From assembly GCA_027923505.1 (NCBI GenBank), contig BROI01000018.1, forward strand, positions 310,001 to 374,000: a DNA stretch of 64,000 nt, in the 5' to 3' direction. Source of the stretch: Mayamaea pseudoterrestris. Taxonomy: Eukaryota. The notes under the pieces are model-generated. The model worked only from the letters and a program-made list of their open reading frames with translations. It was not told where the DNA came from and did not search any database. Both the position numbers and the translations under genes were made by a program. Positions 31,459 through 42,340 of this stretch are shown here, one piece after another. The first letter of the stretch is position 1. Every line of letters begins with the position of its first letter.

Positions 31459-32634
31459 ATGTCTGGCTTGGATAGCATCGCCATGGCTGTTGCTCTTCTG
31501 GAGCAGCGTCAATGTCAACCGCCGCCGCCTCTACCAACTGCCGGAGTGCTGCGCATGCCGGCGCGAGCTCCCATGGCAAAGGTTGTTTCGTCGGAGCATT
31601 CGCTTGAAACAATGAACAACATGAACGAGTCCGAGACAAATACAGCTATATGTCGTGCTGAAACAACTGCACCAGTATATCCACCGCCGGCGAGTCACTC
31701 GAGTTTGACTCACGCTGCCACGTTGGAGCTCTTCGACCAGGACTACCTCTTTCGCTACATTTTCTCGCTCGACTTGGGAGAGCTTGCGACGGTTCCCGTT
31801 CCTGGACCGCAGGAAGATATTGCATTTCCGGCCGAGAATGACATTCTATGTGGTCGTGGAGGAGAGACGAACAATCATCGGTACGTGGGCCATTCGCCTG
31901 TCAACTTGCCTGCACCTTGGGTCGGAACTCGCAGCTCGCAGCTAACGATTTGGACGGACCGACGTTTTTGCGACGAGGTCTTGTTTACAACTCTCACACT
32001 TGTCCTCTTTATGAAATACAGAGGCAATGTCAAGTACCGCCAGTACGTCAAGAGTTGCCAGGCGGCCTACATTGAATGCAAACGTCGTGACAAGCCCTTT
32101 ATCGCCCAGCGCATTGTACTGGCTGTCCGAAAGAAGGGAGGTCGGTTCTTGAAGAAGGACAAGGATTCCGGAGCTTGGCGTGATGTAGGAAACAGCAAGG
32201 CTCGGGAGAAGACGAGTCAAGCCTTGCGCGAGGGCGCTCCCGATTTGCGCGACAATTCCGACTCGGTGGAAGGTCCCATCAAGGCAAGCAAGGCTTCGAC
32301 GAAACGGGCCGCCGAGAATAAACGTTCCGCCGGCATCGTGCACCATTATCCCACCTTGGTCTTGTCGTCGTCGTCGCCAGTCTCACCAAGTAAGCGCCAA
32401 TGTACATCGATGCAAATGCCGGCCTACCGATGCTGTCCCCTGCCGCCAAGCAACAATGTTACATTTCATCATGCGGCAATTGTACCACACTTGATTGCCA
32501 GTGTCTCTTCCAATGAGCAGGAGTCGGAAGCTTCGTCCCTCGGTAGTGATGCGGCGCCGTACATGCTCGAAGTTCCCCACAAGGGCCCACGCATCAAGCT
32601 CTTGAAGAAGCGGTTGGAAGGACAGATTGTGTGA
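31459..32634 (+). CDS. DUF6824-domain protein; intron 31881-32021
   Basis: NDILCGRGGETNNH(R)|GNVKYRQYV...KPFIAQRIVLAVRKKGGRFLKK...W.DVG..KAREKTSQALRE after splicing GTACGT...CAG. Confidence 0.85.
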   Translation: MSGLDSIAMAVALLEQRQCQPPPPLPTAGVLRMPARAPMAKVVSSEHSLETMNNMNESETNTAICRAETTAPVYPPPASHSSLTHAATLELFDQDYLFRYIFSLDLGELATVPVPGPQEDIAFPAENDILCGRGGETNNHRYVGHSPVNLPAPWVGTRSSQLTIWTDRRFCDEVLFTTLTLVLFMKYRGNVKYRQYVKSCQAAYIECKRRDKPFIAQRIVLAVRKKGGRFLKKDKDSGAWRDVGNSKAREKTSQALREGAPDLRDNSDSVEGPIKASKASTKRAAENKRSAGIVHHYPTLVLSSSSPVSPSKRQCTSMQMPAYRCCPLPPSNNVTFHHAAIVPHLIASVSSNEQESEASSLGSDAAPYMLEVPHKGPRIKLLKKRLEGQIV

Positions 32635-32898
32635 GCTGTTGCCTGTCTCTCTTATTCTTCTTGCGGTGTATTTTCTGTATCAAACAAGCAGATGGGCCAG
32701 GTATAATAGCTATATAAGTGGACACTGTTTAAATCATTGCTTTGGCAGTTTGTTATGCATAGTACAAGTACAACTCACGTAGCTAAAATCATGCAAGATT
32801 GAAAATTATTTCGTCGCATCGGCGCTCGATGTTCATGGCATGCCTGCCGTGTCTCAAAATAAGAAGGCGCCAGAACGACTATATACACTGCATAGACA

Positions 32899-33219
32899 AT
32901 GCGAGCAAGTTGCATGAAGAGAGTTTTCGTCCAGCTTCGAATGAAGCGACGGAACAATCATTGGCAAGAACGGGTGCACCTCTCGACGACCGGAACGGGT
33001 TTAATTTATCTGCATATTGGGCCATCGGGAGATAGCTGGACAGGATCATCCATCTTTGCTGCAAAGCACCTGCAACCAGATTATGTCAAGAGCATTGTGA
33101 TGCCCAGCGATGCACCAGTTGAAGCGATCGAAAGGCTGCTGGAGAATGACATTGAGTTGGCGCAGGAAATATATGACTCGCTTGACATTAGTAAGCTTCT
33201 TAGTCAACTTAAAAAGTAG
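32899..33219 (+). CDS. Small hypothetical protein
   Basis: 106-codon ORF with a globular-looking core (YLHIGPSGDSWTGSSIFAAKHLQPDYVKSI); start uncertain. Confidence 0.45.
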   Translation: MRASCMKRVFVQLRMKRRNNHWQERVHLSTTGTGLIYLHIGPSGDSWTGSSIFAAKHLQPDYVKSIVMPSDAPVEAIERLLENDIELAQEIYDSLDISKLLSQLKK

Positions 33220-33453
33220 ACACTAATATTATACATGATCATTTATTTAGACTAACAGTAAGCTATCAACGAAAATCGTACTACTTGTAATTCAGAGAGA
33301 AATCAAAAGAAAGAAGATATTTAACCGGTACGACACTCAACGGACGCAGCGCAGCGACGACGAAAAGATTTGACGAAGCTCACATCATATTAGTCTTCGC
33401 ATCAAGACGTACTGCTAGTGTAAACCATCATCCATATAGCATTTGCATCCAAT

Positions 33454-34563
33454 ATGAAGGTAGACAAAAGTTGGCCGTTGATTCCCATTTCTCTCTTGTT
33501 GCTTTCCACATGTGGAGCCGCCTTTACACTATTGACCAACAATGGATCCGTCCGTCACTTGATGCGAACACGCACATGTTTGTCGGCTACTTCGGACAAC
33601 GAAAACAAGCCATATCTTGTGACAGGCGCAACTGGTCGAGTTGGTCGATTAGTGGTGCAAAAGTTGCTGAGCGAAGGTCGTCCTGTTCGGGCGCTTGTCC
33701 GCAGTCGATCCAAAGCTCAGTCCATTTTTGGAACGAGCGACGAACTTGCATATCCATCGCTAAAAATTATCAAGGCGGATCTTGGACGATACGACGAGTA
33801 CCAAAGTGTGCTTGACGAGGCTGTAGAGGGATGTGAAGCAATCATTAGCGTCAATGGATGCAGTCGATTTTCTGAATGGAGCGACTTTTTGCCATGGCGC
33901 CTCTTTTGCGGTCCTGACGTCAGCTCATGGGCTGGTCGTGATCATCCATATTATATCAACTATTTGGCTCAAAAGAAGCTCATTGACTTGGCTAAGAAGC
34001 ACAACGTTAATAGAATTGTTCGGCTGACAGGCCTAGCTCTGGCGTACTCTGAATTCAACCCGTTCACGATTCTCTTCAACATTTTACTGTCGCTGAACAG
34101 TCGCTATCATACGTTGTGCGAAGCAGAGCTGGCAAAGAGCGGAATTCCATACGTAATTTTGCGGCCTGGTGGGCTGGCCACGGATGCACGTGATATGGAA
34201 ACAACCAATCTGCAAGTGGATCCGAGCGGCAAGCTTCCTTTACCCGGGCGAGTTGGCCGAGGCGACGTGGCAGATTTGGCAATTGAAGCATGCCATCTAC
34301 CTGCATCAAACAGCTATACTCTTGCTTGTCGCTGGTGTGGAGATGGCGTCAAGCCAAAGCCGCAGGGCAAGAAAGGCGACGGCTATGCTTCGGCAAAAGA
34401 GTGTTTGCAGCACGTCGTCGATTCGTCAGCAACCGCCCTGCCTCCTCCAAAATTGAAAATGTACGCACTTCCTGTCGGCATTGTTGTCTATTCAGCAGCT
34501 GCTTTCCTTGTCAAGTCTGTTATTGGACTTGTCAAGTTTGCCATGACAGTTATCCATGGATGA
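33454..34563 (+). CDS. Atypical SDR / NAD(P)-binding Rossmann-fold protein (NmrA/Tic62-like), plastid-targeted
   Basis: LVTGATGRVG, VRALVRS, YVILRPGGL, RGDVA; presequence CGAA|F. Confidence 0.85.
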   Translation: MKVDKSWPLIPISLLLLSTCGAAFTLLTNNGSVRHLMRTRTCLSATSDNENKPYLVTGATGRVGRLVVQKLLSEGRPVRALVRSRSKAQSIFGTSDELAYPSLKIIKADLGRYDEYQSVLDEAVEGCEAIISVNGCSRFSEWSDFLPWRLFCGPDVSSWAGRDHPYYINYLAQKKLIDLAKKHNVNRIVRLTGLALAYSEFNPFTILFNILLSLNSRYHTLCEAELAKSGIPYVILRPGGLATDARDMETTNLQVDPSGKLPLPGRVGRGDVADLAIEACHLPASNSYTLACRWCGDGVKPKPQGKKGDGYASAKECLQHVVDSSATALPPPKLKMYALPVGIVVYSAAAFLVKSVIGLVKFAMTVIHG

Positions 34564-34706
34564 TCATGATCTTTGAAAGCGGCGAGCGCTTTCGAACTTT
34601 TATCTGGGACGCTGTCATGTGCTCCTACTTTTAAGTAGTCCAGCAGCCGTGCAATCAATAACGTAGCGTATAATCAGTGCCTTATTAGTATATGAAATAT
34701 TCACGT

Positions 34707-35670
34707 CTATTTCTTCGCTTTTGCGAGTTCCTCGCGCATAGCATCAATCGTTGTCTTGTACGCCTCCACAGTTCGTGGCTCCTTGAGAATCGCAGATCCG
34801 GCAACCATCATATCGACTCCAGCCTCGGCAACTTCGCGAATGTTATCCACCTTGACGCCTCCGTCAATCTGCAACCGACAGTCCAAGTTGTTTTCGTCAA
34901 TAAGTTTTCGTGCTTCCCTCGCCTTGTCCAAAACTGCAGGAATAAAAGCCTGTCCTCCGAATCCGGGGTTGACAGACATGAGCAAGATGATATCTAGCTT
35001 GTCCATCACATACTTGGCAACATCCAATGAAGTTGCAGGGTTAAAGACAAGTCCAGCCTTAAGTCCTGCATTTCTAATAAGCTGCAGACTGCGGTCTACG
35101 TGATTCGTTGCTTCCGGGTGGAATGTAATGTACGAGGCGCCAGCATTGATAAAGTCTTGGATGGCTGCGTCGACTGGCGACACCATCAAATGAACATCAA
35201 TGGGTGCTGTAACGCCGTGGTCGCGGAGTGCCTTGCACACCATGGGTCCAATGGTCAAGTTAGGTACGTAGTGGTTGTCCATGACATCGAAATGAACAAC
35301 GTCTTTGTTTGTAAAGAGAATAGGTGTAAGCGATTGACATGAAAGCTACAGCATACAGCAACTCTCGTCGTCAGTCATCACATCATTAGTCCTCATACCT
35401 GCTCCTGCAGCGAGGACATTGTCGACTTCGGCACCTAGTTGTGCAAAGTCAGCCGAAAGAATCGAAGGAGCAATGAGGTAATCCTTGTCACCCCAAACGT
35501 TAAGGGACGTAGTCTTGCGGGCGAGTTCGACCTTCTATGACAAAAAAAGATGAGATTCGTGTGATCGAATCGTAATTCTCTCTGACAATCTCGAAACTTG
35601 AACGTACCGGAGAGGTGAACGCCGAAGCCGAAACAGCAAGCGAGGCAAGGAAGGCAGCAGTGAACTTCAT
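34707..35670 (-). CDS. RPE: Ribulose-phosphate 3-epimerase, plastid-targeted; 3 exons (35670-35608, 35534-35399, 35302-34707)
   Basis: [18 protein letters not shown] presequence; [45 protein letters not shown]; introns 35535-35607 and 35303-35398. Confidence 0.95.
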
Positions 35671-35990
35671 TGCGATCTAGAATAGCAGAAATGAATATGG
35701 TACTTTACTGATGCGTGTGATTGACGAACAATTGTGGTCATGGTCGATGAAGCCCATGATCATCCGTCGTTCCAAATTGGATCGGTTGTAGTCACTGACG
35801 TATGTCTCTGCATGACGTCACATTTTCATTGCCGGTACGACCTCTCGTCTCATTCATCAATCTTTCGCAAAACTGCGACCATGGAATTGGCTCACACTTT
35901 TACGCTTGTCACCGCGTCAAAGTGCATGTTCCGTTCTGTAAATTGCAATCAATTTGCAGCGAAGAAGTAACGGTTTGCGTTAATATTTTA

Positions 35991-36526
35991 ATGCAGCTCT
36001 TAAGTGACCCAAAGACCGGAACAAAATGTCGGTATGTGAATATGAACCGACAACGTTTTAGCCGGCGTCGTTCCGGAAGTCTAACACGTGGCTCGTCTCC
36101 TTATCGGACAGAGTTTCATCTGTGCTACAACAGAATAATAAAGTGTACGGTCCTAAGAATGTTTTGGATATTGAGAATGATAGTAACTGTTGGAACTCTG
36201 AAGGTACTGACGGAGGGACTACTCAATTCATTGAACTCGACTTTATCCGCAATGTGCAACCACAAGAGATACGAATTCAGTTTCAGGCAGGCTTCATCGC
36301 ACAATCATGCTCCATTCAAGTTTTTGAGAGCGACATCAACCAGTATCAGACAAAGCAGACTATCGAGTTTGAAGACGTTCATTCAATTCAAACAATGCAG
36401 TTGCCGACAGACGACAATGCTGCTACCACCAAAATAAGGCTTGTCTTTGACGATTTCACAGACTTTTACGGCCGCATCATTGTTTACAGGCTTGAAGTGT
36501 GGGGCGAAGATGTGTCGGAGGCATGA
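35991..36526 (+). CDS. NR2C2AP (TRA16)-like galactose-binding-fold protein; intron 36032-36111
   Basis: Spliced RVSSVLQQNNKVYGPKNVLD...CWNSEG...QFQAGF...F..FTDFYGRIIVYRLEVWG matches the family pattern as I recall it. Confidence 0.8.
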
Positions 36527-36607
36527 TTTCGTGGCACAAGCGACTTCCTTGAGTGATCTCGAGACACTGACGATAGAGCTTGACAACTGACCAGCTGACA
36601 ACGCACT

Positions 36608-37128
36608 TTAAGTGCGAAAATGGACTGCGGCATATAAGGTTTCTAGCTCGACTGCAACGTTTTCGCATTGAAGCTGCGACGTCCGAAGCAGACCTTGCAT
36701 CTGCAGTATTTCTTCGTTAATCAAGGCAATTCTGTGCTGCGCAAACTGGAAGTTTAGCGCGAGCATTAGTATAGCGCCGCACAGGATGGTAAATTCGCGA
36801 TGATACGCAAAAAGAAAGTTAAGAGTATCATCTAGCGAGGAACCCCGCCTGATTGTTACGTAGACTTGCATTCTTTCTTCTTATTGCGCAGCAGTGGCCG
36901 GACGCTTTTGTGAGTGGATCCGACTCGCGCACCCTTTCGAGTACGCCGTTCGCCAGACTCAACGCATCCCGAATCTTTCATCTCCGAATCAAAAACGGCG
37001 TTGTAAAAACCTCGCCCATGCATTGGTCGCCTAAGTTTGACTTGAAAGCAGTCGGTCTTGTCCACGACATCCACCAATACCATTCCGACAGATTGCGTCG
37101 TGTCCAGCGGCGGTGAACTTTCGACCAT
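36608..37128 (-). other. Possible small gene split across two frames (37128-36856 and 36871-36608)
   Basis: Two overlapping short ORFs in different frames; the second has a TM segment and a coiled-coil-like tail; no splice junction verified. Confidence 0.25.
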
Positions 37129-37185
37129 GGAGGTCCTATGTCTTCAGCTCTGGCTTACTGCTGCCGGTAGCAAATGTAACACAGG

Positions 37186-38244
37186 ATGGCCACCACAATG
37201 AGGAGAAGTCAACAATGTATCCGAATAGCATATCTGCTGTTTGTGCTTTTCGTAACTACCGCTAATGGTTGGCAGTGGAGTCGGTGGATTCAAGCTCCCA
37301 TTGACTACATCAACCCCAGACTTGCCGCAAGCTCAACGGCGATGCCAGACACGTTGACGCTAGAAGAAATCCAGTTAATGCGTGTTCGCGATATAAGGCG
37401 AGCATTAACTCGTAACCATGGGTATTCCGCAGATGAAGTGGCCCGAATGATTGACAAGGTTGACCTCATTCAAGCACTCGCCAATGAGGAAAAGAAACGT
37501 CAACAACGAGCCCACGGCAAGAGATTCCGAAGTCAAGTAATAAAAGCATTGGTGACCGCTATAATAGGTGTGCTGGTTATCTTTTGTTGGCCCCTTCTCG
37601 TTCAGGGGTGCGAGATTTTGTACATCAACATTGTCGTGTGGACGGATCGGAAACGCTACGAAGTGTCCAGATGCCGGGACCTCAAATCCATCTTAGCCAT
37701 GGTTGGCGTAATTCTCATGCTGGTGCTTGATTTGCTACAATTTTGGTTGACAGCATCTATTGCACTTTCCTGGATCATTCGACGGAGCAAATACTTTTTC
37801 CCCACGCCGCAACTCAATGTTCAACCTGGGCAAATGCTTGGAAAGGAGGTGGCTGGAAGTGCCATTGGAAGCATGAGCATTAACATTGCGCCAATGGCAA
37901 TCACATGGTTGATGAGATTCGTCCATGCTCGATTGGAAGCCTGGACGGGCCGGGCAATGGCGCGTGCCTTGCAGGCGCAACGCAAGGCTGCTCGTGAGAA
38001 GGAAAGCGCAGAAGAGCGAGCGGCGCGAAAGTTGATGAAGAAGCAAACACGCGAGCAGCAGGTGAATGCGCCATCTTCCAGTGGTTCTAGTACAAGCTGG
38101 ATGGAGCCAGTGCGCAATCTGGTCGGCAATCCAACCGATGGCGACGCAAATGAATTGAACGAAAGCTCCATTAGACCATCTACAACGCATGATGACTTTC
38201 TTAAGCAGATTGATGAAGCTGGCGGAATGGGTGAGCTTGATTAA
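37186..38244 (+). CDS. Hypothetical membrane protein with signal peptide
   Basis: 352-aa ORF, N-terminal hydrophobic signal, 2-3 TM segments, charged coiled coil. Confidence 0.7.
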   Translation: MATTMRRSQQCIRIAYLLFVLFVTTANGWQWSRWIQAPIDYINPRLAASSTAMPDTLTLEEIQLMRVRDIRRALTRNHGYSADEVARMIDKVDLIQALANEEKKRQQRAHGKRFRSQVIKALVTAIIGVLVIFCWPLLVQGCEILYINIVVWTDRKRYEVSRCRDLKSILAMVGVILMLVLDLLQFWLTASIALSWIIRRSKYFFPTPQLNVQPGQMLGKEVAGSAIGSMSINIAPMAITWLMRFVHARLEAWTGRAMARALQAQRKAAREKESAEERAARKLMKKQTREQQVNAPSSSGSSTSWMEPVRNLVGNPTDGDANELNESSIRPSTTHDDFLKQIDEAGGMGELD

Positions 38245-38734
38245 CTTCTATCAGTACAATCATTTTGCTACTCGTAGGTAAGCTTATGGTTAGCTATGTC
38301 GCGTTCTTTTGTCGTGTCACGTCCGTTATTGAGACACGAATAAAATCATTGCCCTCTCGAATAATGACCCTCGAAATGTCTGCTGGTCTGCCATCCGTCC
38401 GTTTCTCGCTTGGTCGGGTCATTTCCAATAATCACGTAGAAATCGTACCAAATTCTACGTGCTCCAACTTGGGACTGATCGTGCGGTCGGCTGCCGCTCA
38501 CGCGAGGAGTCGACGACACCCAACCTTGCTGCACTTCTCCGTCTTGTTGTGCGCTTCTTGCCTTGAGACCAGCAAGCCCTATTGCCGCAGTCATCCCTAT
38601 CTAGATAGCGACTTGATTGATATCAGCGGCATTGTAGATTGACGCCATATTTGCATTAGACTTGGCTGCAGAAGATACCGTGCCCCGAGATAAATATATT
38701 GATCGAGCAAGACACAAGAAAGTAACGAAGGATC

Positions 38735-39884
38735 ATGAGTGACGACGCTGGCAGCGCCGATGCGAATGGAGCGCTAATGAGCGACCCCGTGGACGTAATT
38801 ATTGACAAATTGCTGAGGTAAGTGCGCGAGGGTGGCCGAAGATATGTAGCAATTGCTGTGCGCTTGGAAGCTGTTTTCTTGAGCACATTTTGGTCTTGCG
38901 AGACCAATTATCGTGCGAATTTAGCTAACATATCTTTACATTTATAATTAATAATTATCCAGTGTTCGAGGAGCACGACCGGGCAAGCAGGTAGACCTTT
39001 CGGAGGCGGAGATCAAGATGCTTTGCCTTCGCAGTCGCGATTTGCTTATTGGACAGCCCATGCTGCTTGAGCTTGAAGCTCCAATCAAGATTTGCGGCGA
39101 TGTACATGGGCAGTACTACGATCTTTTGCGTCTATTTGAGTACGGAGGCTTTCCTCCAGAGTCCAACTACGTATTTCTAGGAGACTATGTCGACCGCGGC
39201 AAGCAGAGTTTGGAGACAATCTGTCTCTTGCTTGCCTACAAGATCAAGTATCCAGAGAACTTTTTCGTTCTCCGCGGCAACCACGAGTGTGCTTCGATTA
39301 ACCGTATCTATGGGTTCTATGACGAATGTAAGCGACGTTTTGGGATCAAGCTGTGGAAGACTTTTACCGACTGTTTCAACTGCCTTCCGTGCGCCGCCGT
39401 GATTGACGAGAAGATTTTCTGCATGCACGGTGGACTCAGTCCAGAGCTAACGTCGTTGGATCAAGTCAAGCGCATTGTCCGACCAACGGACGTTCCCGAT
39501 ACTGGGCTTCTTTGCGATTTGCTCTGGTCGGATCCTGACAAGGAAATTGACGGATGGGGTGAGAATGATCGAGGTGTTTCGTTCACCTTTGGCGAAGACA
39601 TTGTCGCCCAGTTTTTGCACAAGCATGACCTTGACTTGATTTGCCGAGCGCATCAAGTCGTCGAGGACGGTTACGAGTTCTTTGCTCGTCGGCAATTGGT
39701 AACGCTCTTTTCAGCGCCGAATTACTGTGGAGAGTTTGACAATGCTGGTGCCATGATGAGCGTTGACGAGACGCTCATGTGCTCGTTTCAGATTCTCAAG
39801 CCGGCGGAAAAGAGACAGCGCTTTTCGTATCAAGGTGGTGGTAATCAAGCGCGACCGGGAACTCCAGGCGGGCCCGGAAAGTAA
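38735..39884 (+). CDS. PP1: Serine/threonine protein phosphatase PP1 catalytic subunit; 2 exons (38735-38817, 38963-39884)
   Basis: [47 protein letters not shown]; intron 38818-38962 joins [14 protein letters not shown]. Confidence 0.97.
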
Positions 39885-40353
39885 GAAGGCTGGTCTCGAT
39901 ATGTGCGTGGCTCACATTTCGCGTAGTATGATCTTTTGTGACGAGTGAGTTACATTTACGCATGCGTCGCGAGCTGCATGTATGGACTTGATTATAAGCT
40001 TGGAGAGTGGTTGATAGTGATGTCAAATGTTTAATGCACCCTATAAAACTTTCAACGTTTTGATCCTTAGCGTTCGTATATTATATTAAACTTGGTCGGT
40101 TAATTCATATAGCGCCAATGGACTTTCCACAAGATCGCAGGATATATGAGATGCCAAATATGTTGTAGTAGTCTGCGTAGCGTACATGCCGGCCATTGTG
40201 CGTCCAAGCATGGAGCAGACTATCTCTCGAGCATGGACCCAAAATGAAACGATGCCACATTGCATCTTGACTATAAGTTGCAGCTACTTGACACTACAAA
40301 TTATTATAAACGACTGTTTTTCACTTCCACTATATTAGTATAATGGTTTTACT

Positions 40354-40923
40354 CTACTCATCCATTGCACCATGATCCTTCTTGCGCGCATTCAAGCTCG
40401 CTTCCGTATCCCACGTGCCTCCAAATGGAGCCGCATGGGCGTCGCCGGAGGCTGCCGCCGTCTTCCACGCTGGGACTTCCGACTTGGCATCGCCATGTTT
40501 GTGGTCATGTTTGTGGTCGCCATGCGAATGTTCCTTGTGCGAGTGCTCAGACTTTGTCGCCGCCGCCGAGTCTTCATGATGGTCATGCTTATGATTGTGG
40601 TCGTGTCCGCAATCATGCTTGTGATCGCAAGCAGCTGCGTCCTCCTTTTTGGAGTGCTCATGCTTGTGCTCGTGGCCATGATCCTTCTTGGACTCATCAT
40701 GAGTCTGCTTGTGCTCGGCCGATGCATGTCCGTGATCCATGGTGCACTTTTCGTGTCCGTGAAAGTGCGCATGCGGATCTTCCGTCTTGGTAGCCAAAAT
40801 CTCCTCCTGTAGAGAGTTGATTTCACTACGGAGTGAAGCAATGTATGTCTTCAAGGTTACCTGCTGCGGGCCGTGAAGCTGGTTGAGGATTTCCTTGATG
40901 TTGTCGGGGATTGGCTTCACCAT
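40354..40923 (-). CDS. Histidine-rich protein of unknown function
   Basis: 189-aa ORF: helical N-terminus, His/Asp/Glu/Lys-rich core (HGHEHKHEH, HDHNHKHDHH, HKHDHKHG), C-terminal VPAWK...AAPFGGTW. Confidence 0.75.
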   Translation of the reverse strand: MVKPIPDNIKEILNQLHGPQQVTLKTYIASLRSEINSLQEEILATKTEDPHAHFHGHEKCTMDHGHASAEHKQTHDESKKDHGHEHKHEHSKKEDAAACDHKHDCGHDHNHKHDHHEDSAAATKSEHSHKEHSHGDHKHDHKHGDAKSEVPAWKTAAASGDAHAAPFGGTWDTEASLNARKKDHGAMDE

Positions 40924-41254
40924 GATGTTGTTAAGTTATTTTTGAATAAAGTGGTTATAAGTGAGCAACAAATAGATGCTTAATCAATGGCTCTGGTGGC
41001 AAAGCTGAAGATACTGAGTCTCGACAATGCGAGGAGTGCAGACTCACACGAGGCCGAATGGAAAAGCATCTGTCGGCAGGCCATCCCATGGTGGCACGCG
41101 ACGAGTCACGCTCAAGTACCGGTCAGACGGTAAGCGTGACGGAATCGACTGGTACGTAGCATTGCGTAACGCAATCGCGACGAAGCAGGAACTGAATGCA
41201 AATTACGTATGCTTTCATAAGTGGGATCATCATTAATGGATGCTGCTTCATTCA

Positions 41255-42340
41255 CTAAATGGCGCCTCCGCTTGGATCCAGCCACCGATAAACATACGAG
41301 TACACCGAAATAGTAATTGCCGCCGAAGGAATGCCTCGTCCAAATGCTACCTGCCACCCTCTAAAAAGCTGCCGCATTACCCCGGTAGGTCCTTCATGCA
41401 AAAGTGTCCTGCTCAAGGTTTTCGCAACCGAAATGGATGATCCATGTTCCGCACTTTGTATCCAGGTCTTGGCCGTGTCCAAGGGAAGACTTGCTACCCA
41501 AAATGCAAGTCCTGACATGGCACCCGCAAAGACAGTCACAGGAAATGTTGGACTTTCTCCAAATGGGGTCAGCCACTGCTGTGTTCCAGCCATGGTCAAA
41601 AAGAACCAGCCACAGCCCCATCCATCTCGAGCAACCGACCAGGAAGCCCCTCGCCATAGCGACGTCCATCCATGCTTGTAGACACTTTGTTGAATCACGT
41701 CCCACGCACGTTGCTGCTTGATGCGCAACGTTGTCATACTCTCCGATGTAGACGCTGCAACATCGCGCGAATGCTGGGCAATCATTTGGTTTCTGACAAA
41801 CTCCACGGGCGTGACAAACAAAAACGCATTGACAGCTCCTCCAATGGCGCCACACCAAAAGCGATCCAGCAGAGATAAGCGACTAGCTTCTTTGTTAACA
41901 TGGCTATGTAGTAGTCCCTGTTTTTGTTGCTCATGCTGGTGATAGTCAATTATAAACTGCTGCGTGAGATTATTGACGCTAAAGACGGTGGCCTTGTAGA
42001 CGCCTTGGGCGGCCAGGACGGGCGTCATGCCCGTGTAGAGCGCTCGCACGCCTCCATAGTGAATGGTCTGTCGGATTACTTGCATGGGGCCCATGCGATG
42101 GTGCGAGGCGTGTGAATGTGAAGGTTTTAATGATGACGGTGATGATAATGACGATGATGCGATCGAAGTGCTTGCCAGCGGCTGCATGCCCGAGTTCTGC
42201 AACTTGGTACGAATGAGATCCATGGGATACATGACAAGCGTCGAAGTTATTCCAGATACACTTCCGGCTAGTATCGAATTTCGAACCATGTCGTCATGCT
42301 TGAAAGACGCAGCTGATGAAGAAAGGGTGCGTTTGGGCAT
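41255..42340 (-). CDS. Mitochondrial carrier family (SLC25) protein
   Basis: Three Px[DE]xx[KR] signatures: YPMDLIRTK, TPVEFVRNQ, LPLDTAKT; ALYTG/LWRG/LFRG motifs. Confidence 0.92.
   Translation of the reverse strand: MPKRTLSSSAASFKHDDMVRNSILAGSVSGITSTLVMYPMDLIRTKLQNSGMQPLASTSIASSSLSSPSSLKPSHSHASHHRMGPMQVIRQTIHYGGVRALYTGMTPVLAAQGVYKATVFSVNNLTQQFIIDYHQHEQQKQGLLHSHVNKEASRLSLLDRFWCGAIGGAVNAFLFVTPVEFVRNQMIAQHSRDVAASTSESMTTLRIKQQRAWDVIQQSVYKHGWTSLWRGASWSVARDGWGCGWFFLTMAGTQQWLTPFGESPTFPVTVFAGAMSGLAFWVASLPLDTAKTWIQSAEHGSSISVAKTLSRTLLHEGPTGVMRQLFRGWQVAFGRGIPSAAITISVYSYVYRWLDPSGGAI

Noticed and set aside
5864..41858. Long antisense or alternate-frame ORFs over real genes (e.g. 5864-6382, 15707-16297, 26297-26890, 40365-40841)
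   Set aside because: They shadow well-supported genes and have no independent motifs, as expected from codon bias.
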